A stretch of 64,000 nt of DNA from Eledone cirrhosa (lineage: Eukaryota). Position 1 is the first letter of the stretch; every line of letters begins with the position of its first letter. The translations under genes and the position numbers were made by a program. Shown piece by piece: positions 28,090 through 42,633 of the stretch. A model generated the notes under the pieces. That model was not told the origin of the DNA, made no database searches, and worked only from the letters and a program-made list of their open reading frames with translations. The DNA lies in contig OZ024742.1 in the NCBI GenBank assembly GCA_964016885.1, forward strand, positions 78,492,001-78,556,000, read 5' to 3'.

Positions 28090-30145
28090 TGTGTGTATGT
28101 TTAATAAGGCCTTTCCATTTGTATTTTGATCAGGATAAACTGTTCCTTCCAATCACTCCTTTCCATGTCAGGTGGTCAGTGTCAACATATGCATTGAAAT
28201 CTCCCATCAGAATATATGACTCAGTTTTAACTATATCTAACACTGTAGTGACTTCATCAAGGAAGGATCTGTTTCAGCTGTTAAATGTTGTGATCAAAAG
28301 AAGCTTGGTGTGGCGCTGAATGGCAGGAGGACACCTTGGTTCAATCAAAGGGTCAAAGATGGATTCTGAGCAAATAAATCCTTCCTGCACTTGCAGTACA
28401 AGCAGGCACAAAGAATCACAGCAGAGACAGTAAAGGCATACAAAGTTGTCATGGGAAAACTTTGGAGTTAAGCTGGAATCCGACTTTAGATCAGCAATTA
28501 AAGTGTTTTGATAGACCATATACATATACCAACTTCATAATAATAAGTTCTCCTCTACATCTGCTATCAAGAATGCGTCTTTTTAGAATGGTGCATCTTT
28601 GAGATGCGGAGAGAATATTTTGCTGATCTCCTAAAGCCAATCACAAGAGCATCTTCTGACATACATGAGCTGCTTTTGGAAGCAGTGACTAATCTCTCGA
28701 GAGATGACATCACAAGAGCAGTTAAAGAGCTCAAATGTGACAAGGCTGCTGGGGAAGATGAAATCAGGCCTTAAATAGACCAGGTATTCTCTGGCTGACT
28801 CATGTATGCTGGGTTGCCTAGATCTCTGGAAAGGCACCTAGGCAATGGCAATTGGGAATAATAATCCCAATTTTTAAAAAGGGAGACAAGAGAGATTGAT
28901 CCAATTACAGATGGGTCTCCTTGTTAAGCCTGTTCGGTAGCGTTTATGGTATGTATCTGGCAAAAAGATACAGGGAGATTGTCGAGTCCAAGCTTGCTGA
29001 TGATCAGTGCAATTTTCACCCCAGATGCAGCACAGCTGACCAAATATTCACACTGTTGCAGGTCTTTGAGAGATCTTTGGAGTATTGCCAAGAGGTATAT
29101 TCTTGTTTCGAAGACCTTCAAAAAACGTATCATCGCATACGTCAGGACCTGCTGTGTAAGGTTCTACAGGGGTATGAGATCGATGGTCAGCTTCTTATTG
29201 CCAGAGTATTTGTGTTCAGATAAATGGTGCTAAATCAAGACTATTCTATGTGGGAGTCGGAATTGACTACAGATGCGTAGTCACATCTGTTGATTATTTT
29301 CATGAACAGGATTGACACGCGCTAGGTTGGAAGTGGTATCATGATAGGCAGGTGTAAAATCAGTCAGTTGGAATTTGCAGACGACATGGTGTTACTTAAC
29401 TTGACAGAAGGTGATCTCTGACTTGCACTTAATAGGTTTGATGCTGAGTCCTGCATGACCGCAATGAAAATCAATGATGCAAAAAAAGATACTTCTCCAT
29501 ATGTGCAGTTCCACTGCAGCAGGTGGATAAGTATCTCAGGGACATGTTCATGAGTGATGGTAGGCAGTAAGCTGAATTAAGTGTAAGAATTGCAGGATCT
29601 TGTGCAGTAATGTACCAGCTTCAGTATTTGATAATCAGAAGACGGGAGGTGGGTGTAAAAGCCAAAATCGCTAGCTTCAATTCAGTATTCATGCAAACCC
29701 TTACCTATGGTCATGAATCTTGAGTAATGACTGAAAAAATATGATCATGAATACAAGCAGCTGGAATGGGGTTCCTCCAAAAGGTCTTTGAAATAGCATT
29801 AAATGTTAGAGAGTGTAGCTCAGAGATTAGAGAGTCACTCCAGGTAGAGCTGCTACTTCTCCGGGAGATCACAGCTCTGATATTATGGGCATGTGGTTAG
29901 AATGTCGCAGGAAAGAAATGCTGGACAGATTTTATGGGCAAAAACCAACTGGCAGGAGACCCATGGGTAGACTCTGAGTATGATGGTTGGATAAGATCTA
30001 TGAAATTGGTTGGTGTTGCTTGGGGATCCAGCTGGATCAGTTAGAGATGATTGCTTCTGTCAGGACCCATTGGATGTAGCGTTATGAGGACTTTGCACCC
30101 ATGAACTTCTCAGGAATAAGTGGGTGAAGAAGAAAAGAATGGACA
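28090..30145 (+). mobile_element. Degenerate RTE LINE of a second family (Expander/Rex3-like)
   Basis: Broken RT motifs: KAAGEDEIRP, IIIPIFKKGD, SNYR.VSLLS, STADQIFTL, FADDMVL (about 29375), LTYGHES, IQAAGMGFL; many stops and frameshifts. Confidence 0.85.
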
Positions 30146-30940
30146 TGGGCTGTAACAACCTATCCAAAATATGCCAGCATGATAAAAATATAGCAATGAC
30201 AAATACACACACATTTTATACATATACATCGTTCACTGGCTTTCTTTTTATATGAACATGTACATTTGCATTGGTGTCATTTGTATTAGGAATGTGAAGG
30301 TATGTAAAAGCATGTGTGTATGCATACATAAGAAAAGTGCAACTGTACACAGATAAACACTATATTATATACAGTATATATATTTATATATATATATTTA
30401 TACATTGTGATCATGTTGCTGTAATTTGCCAATGCCACTGGCACTTATCTTGAGCTGTGTAGTTCTCTATATAATTACAAACAGTGGTGTATGCTGATTC
30501 ATCAATTCTATTATGACTAACCTAATAAAACGAATATTGAATTCTGCTTGAATAAATTGACAGTGATTTGAAGCAGCAAAAAGAAGCAAACTAGTTAGAA
30601 GATGCTAAATTTATGTGAAAGTTATAGAATGAATGGTTCCAAAATTTGTCCCACAATAGTCAGAGTTAGTTATCATTTTGTGTCTATTTTTCTATGCTTG
30701 CATAAGTTGAAAGAGAGAGGTGGTGGTAGGGGAGTGAAATGACCTCAGTACTTGACTGAGAGTTTATTTATCAACTCTAAAAGAATGAAAGGCAAAGTTG
30801 ATCTTGGTGAGATTTGAACATGAAAGCAGAGAAAATCAGAGCAATTACTGCAAAACATTTTATGCCAATTTGTCACCTTTAAGAATGGATAAAACATAGT
30901 GAGAGATTCTGTCAAATTCCCTAATATTATTTGCTTTTAG

Positions 30941-31130
30941 GGCGGTGGATTGGCAGTATCGGTAGAGGGTCGGACGCCATGCTTTCCAGCATAGTTACGT
31001 CCGTTTACGATCTGAGTTCAAATCCCGCCGAGGTTGACTTTGCCTTTCATCCTTACGGGGTCGATAAAATAAAGTACCAGTAATGCACTGGGTAATTGCT
31101 GGCCTTGTGCCTAAAGTAGAAACAATTATT
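30941..31130 (+). mobile_element. SINE family C with TSD
   Basis: Near-identical to 11455-11643; 12-bp direct repeat attatttgcttt on both sides. Confidence 0.88.
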
Positions 31131-31959
31131 TGCTTTCTTTGTTTTATGTGTTACGGCCATTGTTGTCTCATTGAGGCATAATGTTCAGTAATATGGTTGA
31201 TTATGTAGTCTCCAGGATTCACGGACTGGATAATTATTTTATCAAGCTTGGATAATTATATTATTAACTTTGGGATTATGAAATGCAAAATGAACCAGAT
31301 TAAGATAGACTGAACTTAGCTCATAGAATGGATTTAGTAACAGCAAATGAAAGAGCTTCTATGAGGCCATTTGAATTAATAAAACTACAACTAAATTCTC
31401 CTTATATTGCACTTCACTATCATAAAAAGAAGTAAACATTAGATGAGGTTCTACCTGCACACTGCCTGAAACAATAGATGAGATAGTCATGGTTGGATAC
31501 GCTTTCCTCATAGGTCTTCTCACCAAGAGTTAAACAATAACAATATACTACAACTGTTAGTTGCAATCGAGTATGACTTGGTAGTATATACCATGCTTTT
31601 GTGAGCAGTCACAGACACTCTCTTGACTCTCCCTCACTCGATCAAGTAGAACATTCATGATGTGATAGCTGGAAGAAAAGACGAATGCACCAGCACTGGG
31701 CTGGTACTTTCATTATCGAATTAAAAGGATGAAAGGCAAAGTGGACCATGGTGGGATTTGAACTCAGAACACAGAGGTCCAGAACAAATATCCATCATTC
31801 TACCATATTGAGCACCTTAGCTAAACAACGCATCTATCACTGAAATGCCCACAATTATTTAAATATTTAACCAAAATAACATTTGAAATATCTAAAAGCC
31901 ACTGCATTGGAGTAATTCTTGAAGAAGGCAACCATGATAACTTTTACACTAACCAATCA

Positions 31960-32450
31960 GCTAAAAACTGCTGCCAAATTTCCTCAAATACACTTTGCCA
32001 TCTTAGAAAAGAAGAGATGATACACATTGCAATGTAGTGCTTGATATTTAAAAAGACAGGGTGGTGGACTTAATCTGTTGCCTGGTTTAACACCAGCATC
32101 TAACCCTTGGATGCTTTTAGTTGACTCCTCTTTGGTGTAAACACTTTTGAAAATACCTTGCCCAACCCCACCTTCAACAGTCTTGGAGACCTTGAAAAGA
32201 GTCATGGGCACCCCATTTCCTTCCCTGAATTGTTATTTATGAAGAATGGTTTTGGTGAGAGACCTACTCAATTACAGCTGACATGGGGCTATAAGAATAA
32301 AGATAACAAACACTTTCTTGCATTCCAGATTAAATAGCTGCAATGTCTCTTTTTGCCAGGGTAGAGCAGCCTCTTCCAAACCTAATGATACACCAGTTTA
32401 GCTACTAAAGATTAGACATGATCTCACATGATCAGCTGAGGACAAACACT
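31960..32450 (-). mobile_element. Old LINE reverse-transcriptase fragment
   Basis: The minus-strand ORF contains GVKPGNRLSPPPCLF, resembling the RT motif GVxQGxxLSPxLF. Otherwise decayed. Confidence 0.35.
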
Positions 32451-35446
32451 ATAGATGAAATCAACAATATACAAGAAGCATGAGAGCACTCAATATAATG
32501 TTATACACACACTGATCACACTCTTGCATAATGTTTGTTTGTGGTTTAGTGTACAAAATCAAAACCATGGTGCATGTGTGTATATACTGATGTATCTATA
32601 ATTCAGATGTTAAACTTTAAACAAAACTGTCTTTTAATGAAATGTATGGCTAGACAAAAACTTGTAAAGTTTTAATTTCCATCATGAATAAATAATATAT
32701 TTCGACTAGATGCAATGCCAATTTATTTAACATTTATTTCTAATCAATTCAATTGACTCCTGCTACATATATAACTGATGTTTATTTTAGTGACCTGATA
32801 GAGTGGTGGAACGAAAATTTAGAGTTAAATCTAAATATTCTGAGACATATAGTCTAAAGATTACAATTTTTCAGGCTATTAATCTCATCTTTGGAAATTT
32901 CCCGATATCATCATCATCGTCATCATTTATCATCTGCTTTTCCTGTTGGCACAGTTTGGATAGCGCATCACAAACCAAGGCATATATTTACACACAGATA
33001 CCATGCTTTAAATGCAATGGGATGATGTGGCTATAAATTATATTTATACATCAACTAAGGCTAATTTCTCTACTAAAGTAAGGATTAATCTTGTGGACAT
33101 TATGACAAGCTTCTCCATTTTGCCCTATCCTATTTATCCCCACTCACAAATCCCCTGGATTTATTTCCTCTTGCATCATCTTTAGCCATGTCATTCTTCG
33201 TATTCCTCTTCTATTTCCTTCCACATACATTTCCATCATGCTACTCACTCAATTTCATCCTTCCTCTATGCATGACACAGCCATCTTCCAATTCTCAGTG
33301 TATATATAAAAAAAGTTACACCTCTAAAAACTATAATATTACAAACAATATCACCTCATTAGACAATATTAATTTAGCATCCACTATTTAATCCTGAATG
33401 TACAATCTAATATATTTATTGAGAACTGTGTCATGTTTGAAAATTCTGTTGCATACAACCTAAGTTGCTAACCCACTTATCTTTCTTCCTCACTCTCAGA
33501 GAGATAACACCAAGAGGCTTAGATTTGTCACCCCTCACAGCAATTAACTCTTCTTTTACTATATTTCTAATAAAAACACTGTCAAGAATTTTTTATTACT
33601 ATGCTGGCATTTAGAAGATGATTTAAAGATTCTTATATGAAATTATAATGGAATGCTTTTAGATATATATAAATGCTTTAAAACATACAGTTTTGCATCA
33701 TAGCATCAGGGGTAGTTTCAAGTGGCTTGATATCAAAATGGTTAGACTTATTAAATTTTGATATAAACTCCCCTAGGAACTACTTACAAACTCAATCTAA
33801 CACCTGTTTACTTGGATACCAGATTTTACTTCAGAATATAATGGTTGTCCACTCTCCTTCAACTATATTTTTTATAAATCTTTTTCTTTCCATGTATGTG
33901 TGTTTATGTATATATATATATATATATATAATTATTAACAAAGGTTGTGTTGATACTATGTCAAAAGACACTGGCCAACGTCTAGCTCACTCAATGAATC
34001 TGCCAGATTGCAGTAATGCAACTGCAACTAGCTGTTCAAAGTGCACACATTTTAGTTAATAGCAGGTATGGTGGCTCTGTCTTGGTAGAATATATATACA
34101 TCCATATAAATATATGGTTCACACTTCCATGTTTGACATGGTTTCTATGGCTTGATGGCCCTCATAATACCAACCACTTTACAGTGTGTACAGGTTTTTT
34201 CATAGCAACATCACTACCACATTACAGATTGTACTGAGTGTGTTACTTGGTGCATTTTATCCTGGCACTAGAGAAGTTGTCAAAATTAAACGAACTGAAA
34301 AGTGTTCTCATACCCTATATTGTCTTTGCTTGATCACCAACATTTTAGTCCCTGGTCATTCACCACATTTACTTTTAGTGTTGCAGTGCTTCTACAGGTA
34401 TATGCAGGGGGAGGGAGTTTTGAATATTATTAAGTATATTCTGCCCTGTTTTGATTTTTTCATGTTTCATAGATTTTCTGTCTCAAATGTGTTCACTCAA
34501 AATTCTACACATAATTATTATTATCCAGTAATCCTTTAAATCCTACAGAGCTGAACTCCTCTTTTCTTCCTTATAGGGTCAATAAAATAAAGTACCAGTA
34601 ATGCACTCGAGTCGACTTAATCGACTTTCCCCTTCCCTGTAAATTGCTGGAATTGTACCTAAATCAGAAACCCTGATTATCCAGTAATATTGATTGGTTG
34701 CTTTCCCTACAAAAATGAACAGACCTCTGGTGCATTGGGTTCATACAGTGTTTTGCTTTGCTGGTGTTGTAGTTATTCTATTGAGTGCATTTTATATAAT
34801 ATGTAAGCAGTGCTTTGCAGTGTTGTTTTCCATATTTTGCGCATATTTATGAGTCTGGTTTTTTGGTATTACATATTCATCATAAAACTTAACGCTTTTA
34901 TTGTGTATTTCTTGTGAAATTATTATTATAATCAGCATCATCATTAACTTTATCTCACATTTATGCAAGTTTTTACAGATAACTGGGAGCACTTCTATGT
35001 TCCTGTGTGTGTGCTACATTGTTTTTGGAAATACAGAGAAATTAAATACCTCAGTCTTTGTTCCAGGTCAACTTTACATTTTATCCTTTCAAGGTTGATA
35101 AATAAATACTAGTCCAGAGGTGCTAGATTGGTGGAATTATTAAGGAGTTCAACATGATACTTCATCATATCTCTGTGGATTCTAAATTCAAATCCACCTT
35201 CTATCAGGAATGGCAATCAGTAGATTCTATCAGCAAAGGAAAGACTAATGGAAACATGGTTTTCTTGGTTAGATCAGATGGCCAGTGCATTTCCTATTTT
35301 TAGCATAACATATGAATTATGCTTTGTTGTTTCTAGAGTAATTTAATGTTTTTACTGTTGTGTAGAGACTATGTGCAAAGGGAATTATATTTTGTTGTGA
35401 TATTTGTGTTTTGTATGTACTGCGATTGGAGTTAAGCATTTTAGCA

Positions 35447-35664
35447 TTAACCCTTTAGCATTCACATTACTCTATATATACTATTATATTTTCATGGTAA
35501 AGGCTTTACCTCGCATAATTATCTCACATAAAATCGAATCTATGAGATTTTGAAAGTATTTATTTTGAGAACAATACCTTAACATCAGTTTGAGCAACCA
35601 GTTACAGCTAGTTTCAACAGAAAGAGGTACAGAATTCTGGCCGGTTTGAACATTAAAGGGTTAA
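35447..35664 (-). mobile_element. TTAA MITE, copy 2
   Basis: Reverse complement of copy 1, with the same ends and TTAA TSD. Confidence 0.85.
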
Positions 35665-36329
35665 TTATTATATCTAGTGTAAAGAGGTACATATTTCTTC
35701 ACCTAGGTTTTACATTATTTTGGGGGGTTCAAATGGTTCTAAAGAAAGTCTGTCTTGAGCACGGAGCCTTATCTCAGTGCTTATCCCGGTTTCAGTGGTA
35801 TTAAGTAACTGAGAGTACAAGGCTCCTCTTTGGACATCATGTCAGTCCATGGCTGGGTTAAACCCCAGCTATTGCTGGTACTAATTTTCAGTTGAGTATA
35901 CTGGAGTAACATGAAATTAAATGCTCAAGAACATAGCACTCAACTGATCATTAGGCCACATGTCTCCACTTTAAAGTGGATCATTTCTTTTTAATGTTTT
36001 ACTTTTCAAACATATGTTTATGTTTAATTTTATATTTTCTACTAGTCTATTTGGTTGATGGAACTACTAGAGATAGCAGCCAAATATCTCTCAAATTAGA
36101 CATCTGTCTCACAGCTGTTATGTTTAGGATTATATTATGTCATGTGTCCATTTTTTGTTTCAAAATGATGACAGTGAAATTTGATGGAGATTTGGCTGTT
36201 ATTTCTAGGAGGCTGACTGAACACTAGCATACTGATATCATAAGACAAAAAATTTAAATTAATTAAAATTGTGAGCATTGATTCTGGTAAAAAAAAAAGG
36301 ATTGAGGAGACAACCGAGAAATTTTACTA

Positions 36330-36900
36330 TTTCTTCACTTTTTCTGTGCTCACTTATTTCTGAGAGGGTTGTAGAGGAAAGGTCCTGAAGCACATATTCC
36401 AGCAGGTCCTGTCAGAATCAACTGTTTCCAATTGATCTGGCTGGATCCCTAAGCTAGAACAACTGAGCTCATGAATGCTATCCAATCATCTTGCTTGGAG
36501 GTCTACCCTTGAGTCTGCTGCTGCTTGGTTTTGCCTGTACAATCTGTCCAACAATTCTTTCTTTAGACATTCTGACCACATGTCCATAGTATCAAAGTTG
36601 TGATCTTTCAATTTAGAGATGTAGTGGACTCTACCTGAAGCAATTCTCTTATCTCTGAGCTATGCATTCTATTGAATTATATTACTCCAAAGACCTTTTA
36701 GAGGAACCACAATTCAGCTGCTTGTAATTGTGATATTCTTTCGGTCATTTCCCAAAATTCATGACCATAAACAAGGGTTGGCATGAATACCGAATTGAAG
36801 ATAGTGAGTTTGGTTTTTACACCTACCTCCCTTCTTCTGTAACTGAATGCTTAAGCTGGTACTTTATTGCACTAGCTCCTGCAATTCTTGCATTTAATTC
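36330..36900 (-). mobile_element. 3' part of the same RTE family as 28-30 kb, inverted, cut by the assembly gap
   Basis: Reverse complement aligns by eye to about 29575-30100 (e.g. gaattgcagga..., tatggtcatgaat...gggaaatgaccgaaag). Confidence 0.8.
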
Positions 36901-37100
36901 NNNNNNNNNNNNNNNNNNNNNNNNNNNNNNNNNNNNNNNNNNNNNNNNNNNNNNNNNNNNNNNNNNNNNNNNNNNNNNNNNNNNNNNNNNNNNNNNNNNN
37001 NNNNNNNNNNNNNNNNNNNNNNNNNNNNNNNNNNNNNNNNNNNNNNNNNNNNNNNNNNNNNNNNNNNNNNNNNNNNNNNNNNNNNNNNNNNNNNNNNNNN
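36901..37100. other. Assembly gap (200 N)
   Basis: Run of N. Confidence 1.
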
Positions 37101-38099
37101 TATATAAAATTTGAAATTGTTCCTAGTTAATCATCATTTTCCATCTGCTTTCTATAATGGCATGGATTAGAACAGTTGTTACTATCCATGTTAGCTCTTA
37201 TTAGTAGTTTCTGTCCTCCAAAATGAGCTGAAAAACAACATCTGGCTCATACCTTCCATTTTTGACCTGGTTTATACAGCTAGATCCCCTTCCTTTAGCC
37301 AACTACTTTGCAGAATGTACTGAATGCATTTTATTGTGGTACTAATACTAGATATGATATGCCCTTATATTGTTTAAAAGCAATTGAAAATCAATTATTT
37401 TATTCAGAGTGTAAAAATGTGCAAATTTCATATATATAACAGAATGTTGCTTTATCAAGAGCAAAGATAGAAGATGCAGATGAGAATGGCAAATGTGATG
37501 ACAAATGAAGCAAAAGAAAAAATTCACTAAATGGAATCTTTACTCACACACACAGTTACTCAAATTATCTTTGTTACAATTTTAATAATTTTTGAAGCTG
37601 GAAATTTATTCTATTATGGCAAGAAAATGACAAAATGTAAAGCTACGACAAGGTCTAATTATTCTTTATATTTGCATGTAAGCAATATCTGATTGTTGTT
37701 GATATTTCAAGAATTTATATATGATAGCTGGGTGAAGAAGTGCAAGGTGTTCCAAATGAAAAGAATATGGGTTGAGTTAGGCTGAGGAAATAAGAGAAGT
37801 AGTTAAAACTGATCTCAGGATGCTGAATCTCAGAATGATGACATTAGAAAAAAGACAAGTGGAAGGATGATCCCTGTATTGGAGAGGAGATAAAAGCTAT
37901 GCAAGCATGGAAAAATAGAGAGAAAAATGAGGACAATAATACTCACTACAAAATGGGATATATAATAAGTAGTTGTACAGTAAAGAACATACCATTCAAC
38001 AAAGACCAATAATCCTCAGTTTCAGGATAAGATCTAAAGATACAAAACAATCTAGATTGTTTTGGGAAGCTGAAAGGTCCAGCGGCAAGACGTCAATTC

Positions 38100-39590
38100 A
38101 ATAAAGTACTAATTAAAGTATGACAAAAAGGAAGAGGAGACAAACTTATGATATAACTGATATGGCAATTTCAACGAGACAACCTATTGCAAGACATATC
38201 TTCAGATGGAAGGAGATATGGCAGTGGAATGATACAAGGTAGTCATAAAATCTACAAAACAAGCCAGGAAACATTGGAAGAAAAAGGGAGCAAGGAACAA
38301 AATTAGGCAAGTGAATGAGATATTAGGTCAAGTATACATGTCCCAGAGAGAAGCTGAAAGTATATGATTTGCCAATGTTCTGCAACATAAGGTTAAGATA
38401 CACAAGGCATTCCATGTTGCATGGCAGTGTGTCAGAGTGGATCAAGATGTTGTTGGCAAAAATTGCATATGTACTGATGGAAGTGTGTATGCTTTTACTG
38501 ATGCTGAGATTAAAGAGGCTTAGCGATGTTAATATTAACCATTGGTGAATGATAAGATGATATAGAGGAGATAAGAATTATTCCAAATAAATCTAATAGA
38601 GGGATCCATTATTGAAGTTGATATGAATTAATTGAAGGTATGGTTAAGGATGTGGCGGAAGGGAAAGCAGTTGGACTATCAGAGATAGTTGCAGAGATGC
38701 TGAAAATATCTGAAGAAATAGGACAAATGTGAGTCACTTGCATAATCAAGTAGATAGTACATGAAAACATCATATCTAAATCTAATAATTGGCCTCACAA
38801 AATTACTATAAAATGTTACAAGAACAAAATAGGTGTTCGACAAAGATGCAAATATGGAGCCATCAAACTGATGAACTAAGTTATAAAAGTAACAAAAAGT
38901 GTTATAGTATAATTGAAGAGAGAGAATATTAGTTGAGATGCATTTTAGCTTTGTGCCAAAACAATGTGGAACTGAGGCATTCTTCCTAGTAAAACAATAG
39001 TAAGAAAGGTTCTTAGCTATGAGCAAGACACTATGTTTAGCATTTATTGTACTGGAGGTCTTTCAGATGAGACCTTGTTCTGCAATCAGGTGATCAGTTA
39101 GAAATACAAGCGTAGATGAATAGTTTGTAAGAGCCATGCAAATCATGTACAATGATGATGTTAGCAAGGTAAGAGTTGGCAATGAGATCAGCAAAGAATG
39201 TTGTGTGCAAGCAAGTGTTCAATCATCAGCTTCCAATTCTTTATTATAGTTCTTCAGGTTATTATGGAGGACTTTAAGACTGGCAGTGCACAGGACCTTC
39301 GGCGTGCTTCATGCTTGAATTTGTTGAAGATCTAGAGAAGAAACAATCTATGAATCAGATGCTTAACAGGAGTAGAAATCAAAACGACCCATGAAATACA
39401 TTCTTTCAAATGCTTCAAAGACACCATAGTTGTTACCTTCTGTTACCTAAGTAATTTAAGTAGATGTGGATGAGGATATTCTAAAAGCAAAGATACCAAA
39501 GAAACAAAAAGGTAGAAACCTTCAGGATATATTTCCTCTGATAGCAAGAAAGAATTCCCTTTCTGAGTGAAAGGCAGACTGTATGACTTT
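38100..39590 (+). mobile_element. Highly degenerate copy of the 7.4-kb-type RTE LINE
   Basis: Collinear decayed similarity to 7480-9170: QCVR..QDVVGKNCI, GKAVGLSEIVAEMLK, MHFSFVP, VRAMQIMY, EDFKTG. Confidence 0.75.
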
Positions 39591-40147
39591 TATATATAAG
39601 GTAAGGTACTGCAAAATATATATGTGTCCTAATAAATTAGTAAATCTTTCATTAGAAATAAGAAGGTCACAGAGAAACAAGAGAAAAACATATTTGAGTT
39701 CCAAGTATATATTTGGTACATTTTACTCAATGAATTGTAGTTGCAACAAAAACATCATATACTCAAGAAATATTCCATTTTTGCCACAAATGAAAAAGAG
39801 ACAAATCCGTTTCTAAGCAAATTCATTTTATTCATTTATGTAATTATTTGATTATTCATTCAGTTATTCTTTCTCTTACATACAAACCATATATATATAT
39901 ATACACATATAGTATGGTTATTCTTTTTACATGCTATTGCTACAAAGAAAATATATATCGCCATGGATACTGGTATGAACAAATTTTTTTAGTTGCCAGA
40001 TGAAATAAGCATCCCCACCACCCACTGCTAACAAGTCAGCTACCTCAATTGGTAGACTAAAATTTATATATACATATATACATTCAAACACACACATACA
40101 TATCTGTATATGTACATAAATATGTGTGAGCCCGTGTGATTATTTAT

Positions 40148-40218
<71 letters not shown>

Positions 40219-40664
40219 TATACATATATATACATATATATATATATATATACATATATATATACATATATATATACATATATATATACACATATATATA
40301 TATATATAGTAAAAGGCCAATAATATATTTTTTAAAAGCTAGTACAATGCAGTAGAAAATTACGAAGAGCAAATGATGACAAATGAAACAGATCAAAACA
40401 AAGTAATGTTTTACCCAGTATGTTTTAGCTATTTCAGGGTTATTACGTTCTTTTCATTTTGATTTGAACTGTTTCAGCTTCGCATCTGAAAAGAGGGTAA
40501 TAGACTTGAAATATCAAGATAAAATACACTAGATAAAATATTACTGTTTTGTTTCATTTGTCATCATTTGCCCTTCGTTCGTATTTTTCTACAGCATTGC
40601 ACCAGCTTTAAAAAAAATATATGATCGGCCTTTTATTACATATCTCACATGCTTCATATTAACT

Positions 40665-40721
<57 letters not shown>

Positions 40722-40805
40722 ATACACATATAGACAAATATAAATATACAATCATACATACATATTTGTATATGTTTATAAATATATATATATATAAATT
40801 CACAC

Positions 40806-40836
<31 letters not shown>

Positions 40837-41394
40837 CACACAAATATATATGCACACACAAATATGCTTATATATATATATATATATGAGTGATATTTGC
40901 AAAGCAGAGTTCAAGAATGGGACAATTTATGAGACCTTTGAAATATTATGCAAATAATCATAGATTTATTTTTCATCTCAGTTTCTTTTCTTTTTCCTCT
41001 CTATATCATCATCCATTTGGAACTTGTTAACCATCTTTGCATTCTTTTGTCTTTTATCCAAGAATATCTCTCAATGAAAGAAAAAAATTATTTACTGTTT
41101 AATATCAATTTCAGACTAATAATTTCCGGTGGAGATAACTAAAGAAATTGAAAAAAAGTAAAATGTATATAAAGGCGAAAATAAATATATAAAATCATAA
41201 TTAAAAAACCAACAACTAAAATACACATAAATATATTTATATTTCCTTTTCTTCTCTGTCCTGGGCTTTACTCTATATATTATTTGTTCCTTTATTGTAA
41301 TGCACTTTGCATTCTTAAAAGTATGTTATTCACAATATTTGCTATTTTTAAAAACATCAGTTAATAATAACAGTAACAACAAAAACAATTATGA

Positions 41395-41820
41395 ATCCCA
41401 AAGGCAAAACTAAGTTTGGTGGGATTTGAACTCAGAACATAAAGGGAGGAAACGATATGCTGCAAAGCATGTTGTCTGATGCTCTACTGATACTGCCAAT
41501 TCACCGAAAATAATAATAAAAATAATAATAATTGTTTCTACTTTAGGCACAAGGCCAGCAAATTAACCAGTGCATTACTGGTACTAATAAAAATAATAAT
41601 AATGTTTCCCCGTTAGGCATAAGCCCAGCAATCTGAAGGTGGGGATGAGCCGATTAAATCGACCCCAATGCATTACAGGTGCTTTATTTTATCGACCATG
41701 TAAGGATGAAAGAGAAAGCTAACCTTAGCGGGAATTGAACTCAGAATGTAAAGAGCCATAAATCTATGTTGCAAGACATTATATCTGGCACTGTAATGAT
41801 ACTACCATTCCACCACCCTT
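41395..41820 (-). mobile_element. Cluster of partial or older family C SINEs
   Basis: Repeated tgaactcagaa, ggatgaaag and ctttaggcacaaggccagca segments separated by (AAT)n. Confidence 0.7.
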
Positions 41821-42542
41821 AGTAAAAATAATAAAAATGATTTCTATTTTAGGCTCAAAGCCAACTATTTGTGGGAAGGAGAAATAAATTTTATGAGTTC
41901 CAGCAATTCTAATTTAATCACAATGCCAGGAAATTTGGCAAAATTGATTAAATCAACCTCTGTACTTGACTGAAATTTATTTTATCTACCTTGCGTGAAT
42001 GGATTTGAAACAAAACAAAGAACCAGAATAAATGCTGCACAGCATTTCGTATAATGCTCTACTGATGTTTGTCAAACATCTGCTGTATAATGATAATACT
42101 ACTACTACTAATATTAATGATAAAAATAATAATACACCAAAAAATGTCAAACACCAAAAATGTTTTCAAAAAATTGGATAAAAACAAAAAAATACAACTA
42201 AAAACTAAAACTAAACAAAATGTAATTTAGTAGCCATTGTACCTCCAGGCCTGTTAATATTGAGAGATGCCCCCAAAATTAAAAAACAAAATGCAAAAAA
42301 GAAACATATCAATTCAATATAACTAGTGTATATATTTATTTGGCGAAATCTTTAATCTGAAATTTTTTAAAAAATAAAATGCAATCAAACATTATCACAT
42401 CATTTTGCCTGGAGAATTTGATCTTAATATATACATACATATACATACATATATATTATATATATGTGTGTCTATATAGATATATATATGTATATATATG
42501 TGTCTGTATATATATATGTATATATATATATATGTATATATG

Positions 42543-42576
<34 letters not shown>

Positions 42577-42598
42577 TACATATATATATGTATATATA

Positions 42599-42633
<35 letters not shown>

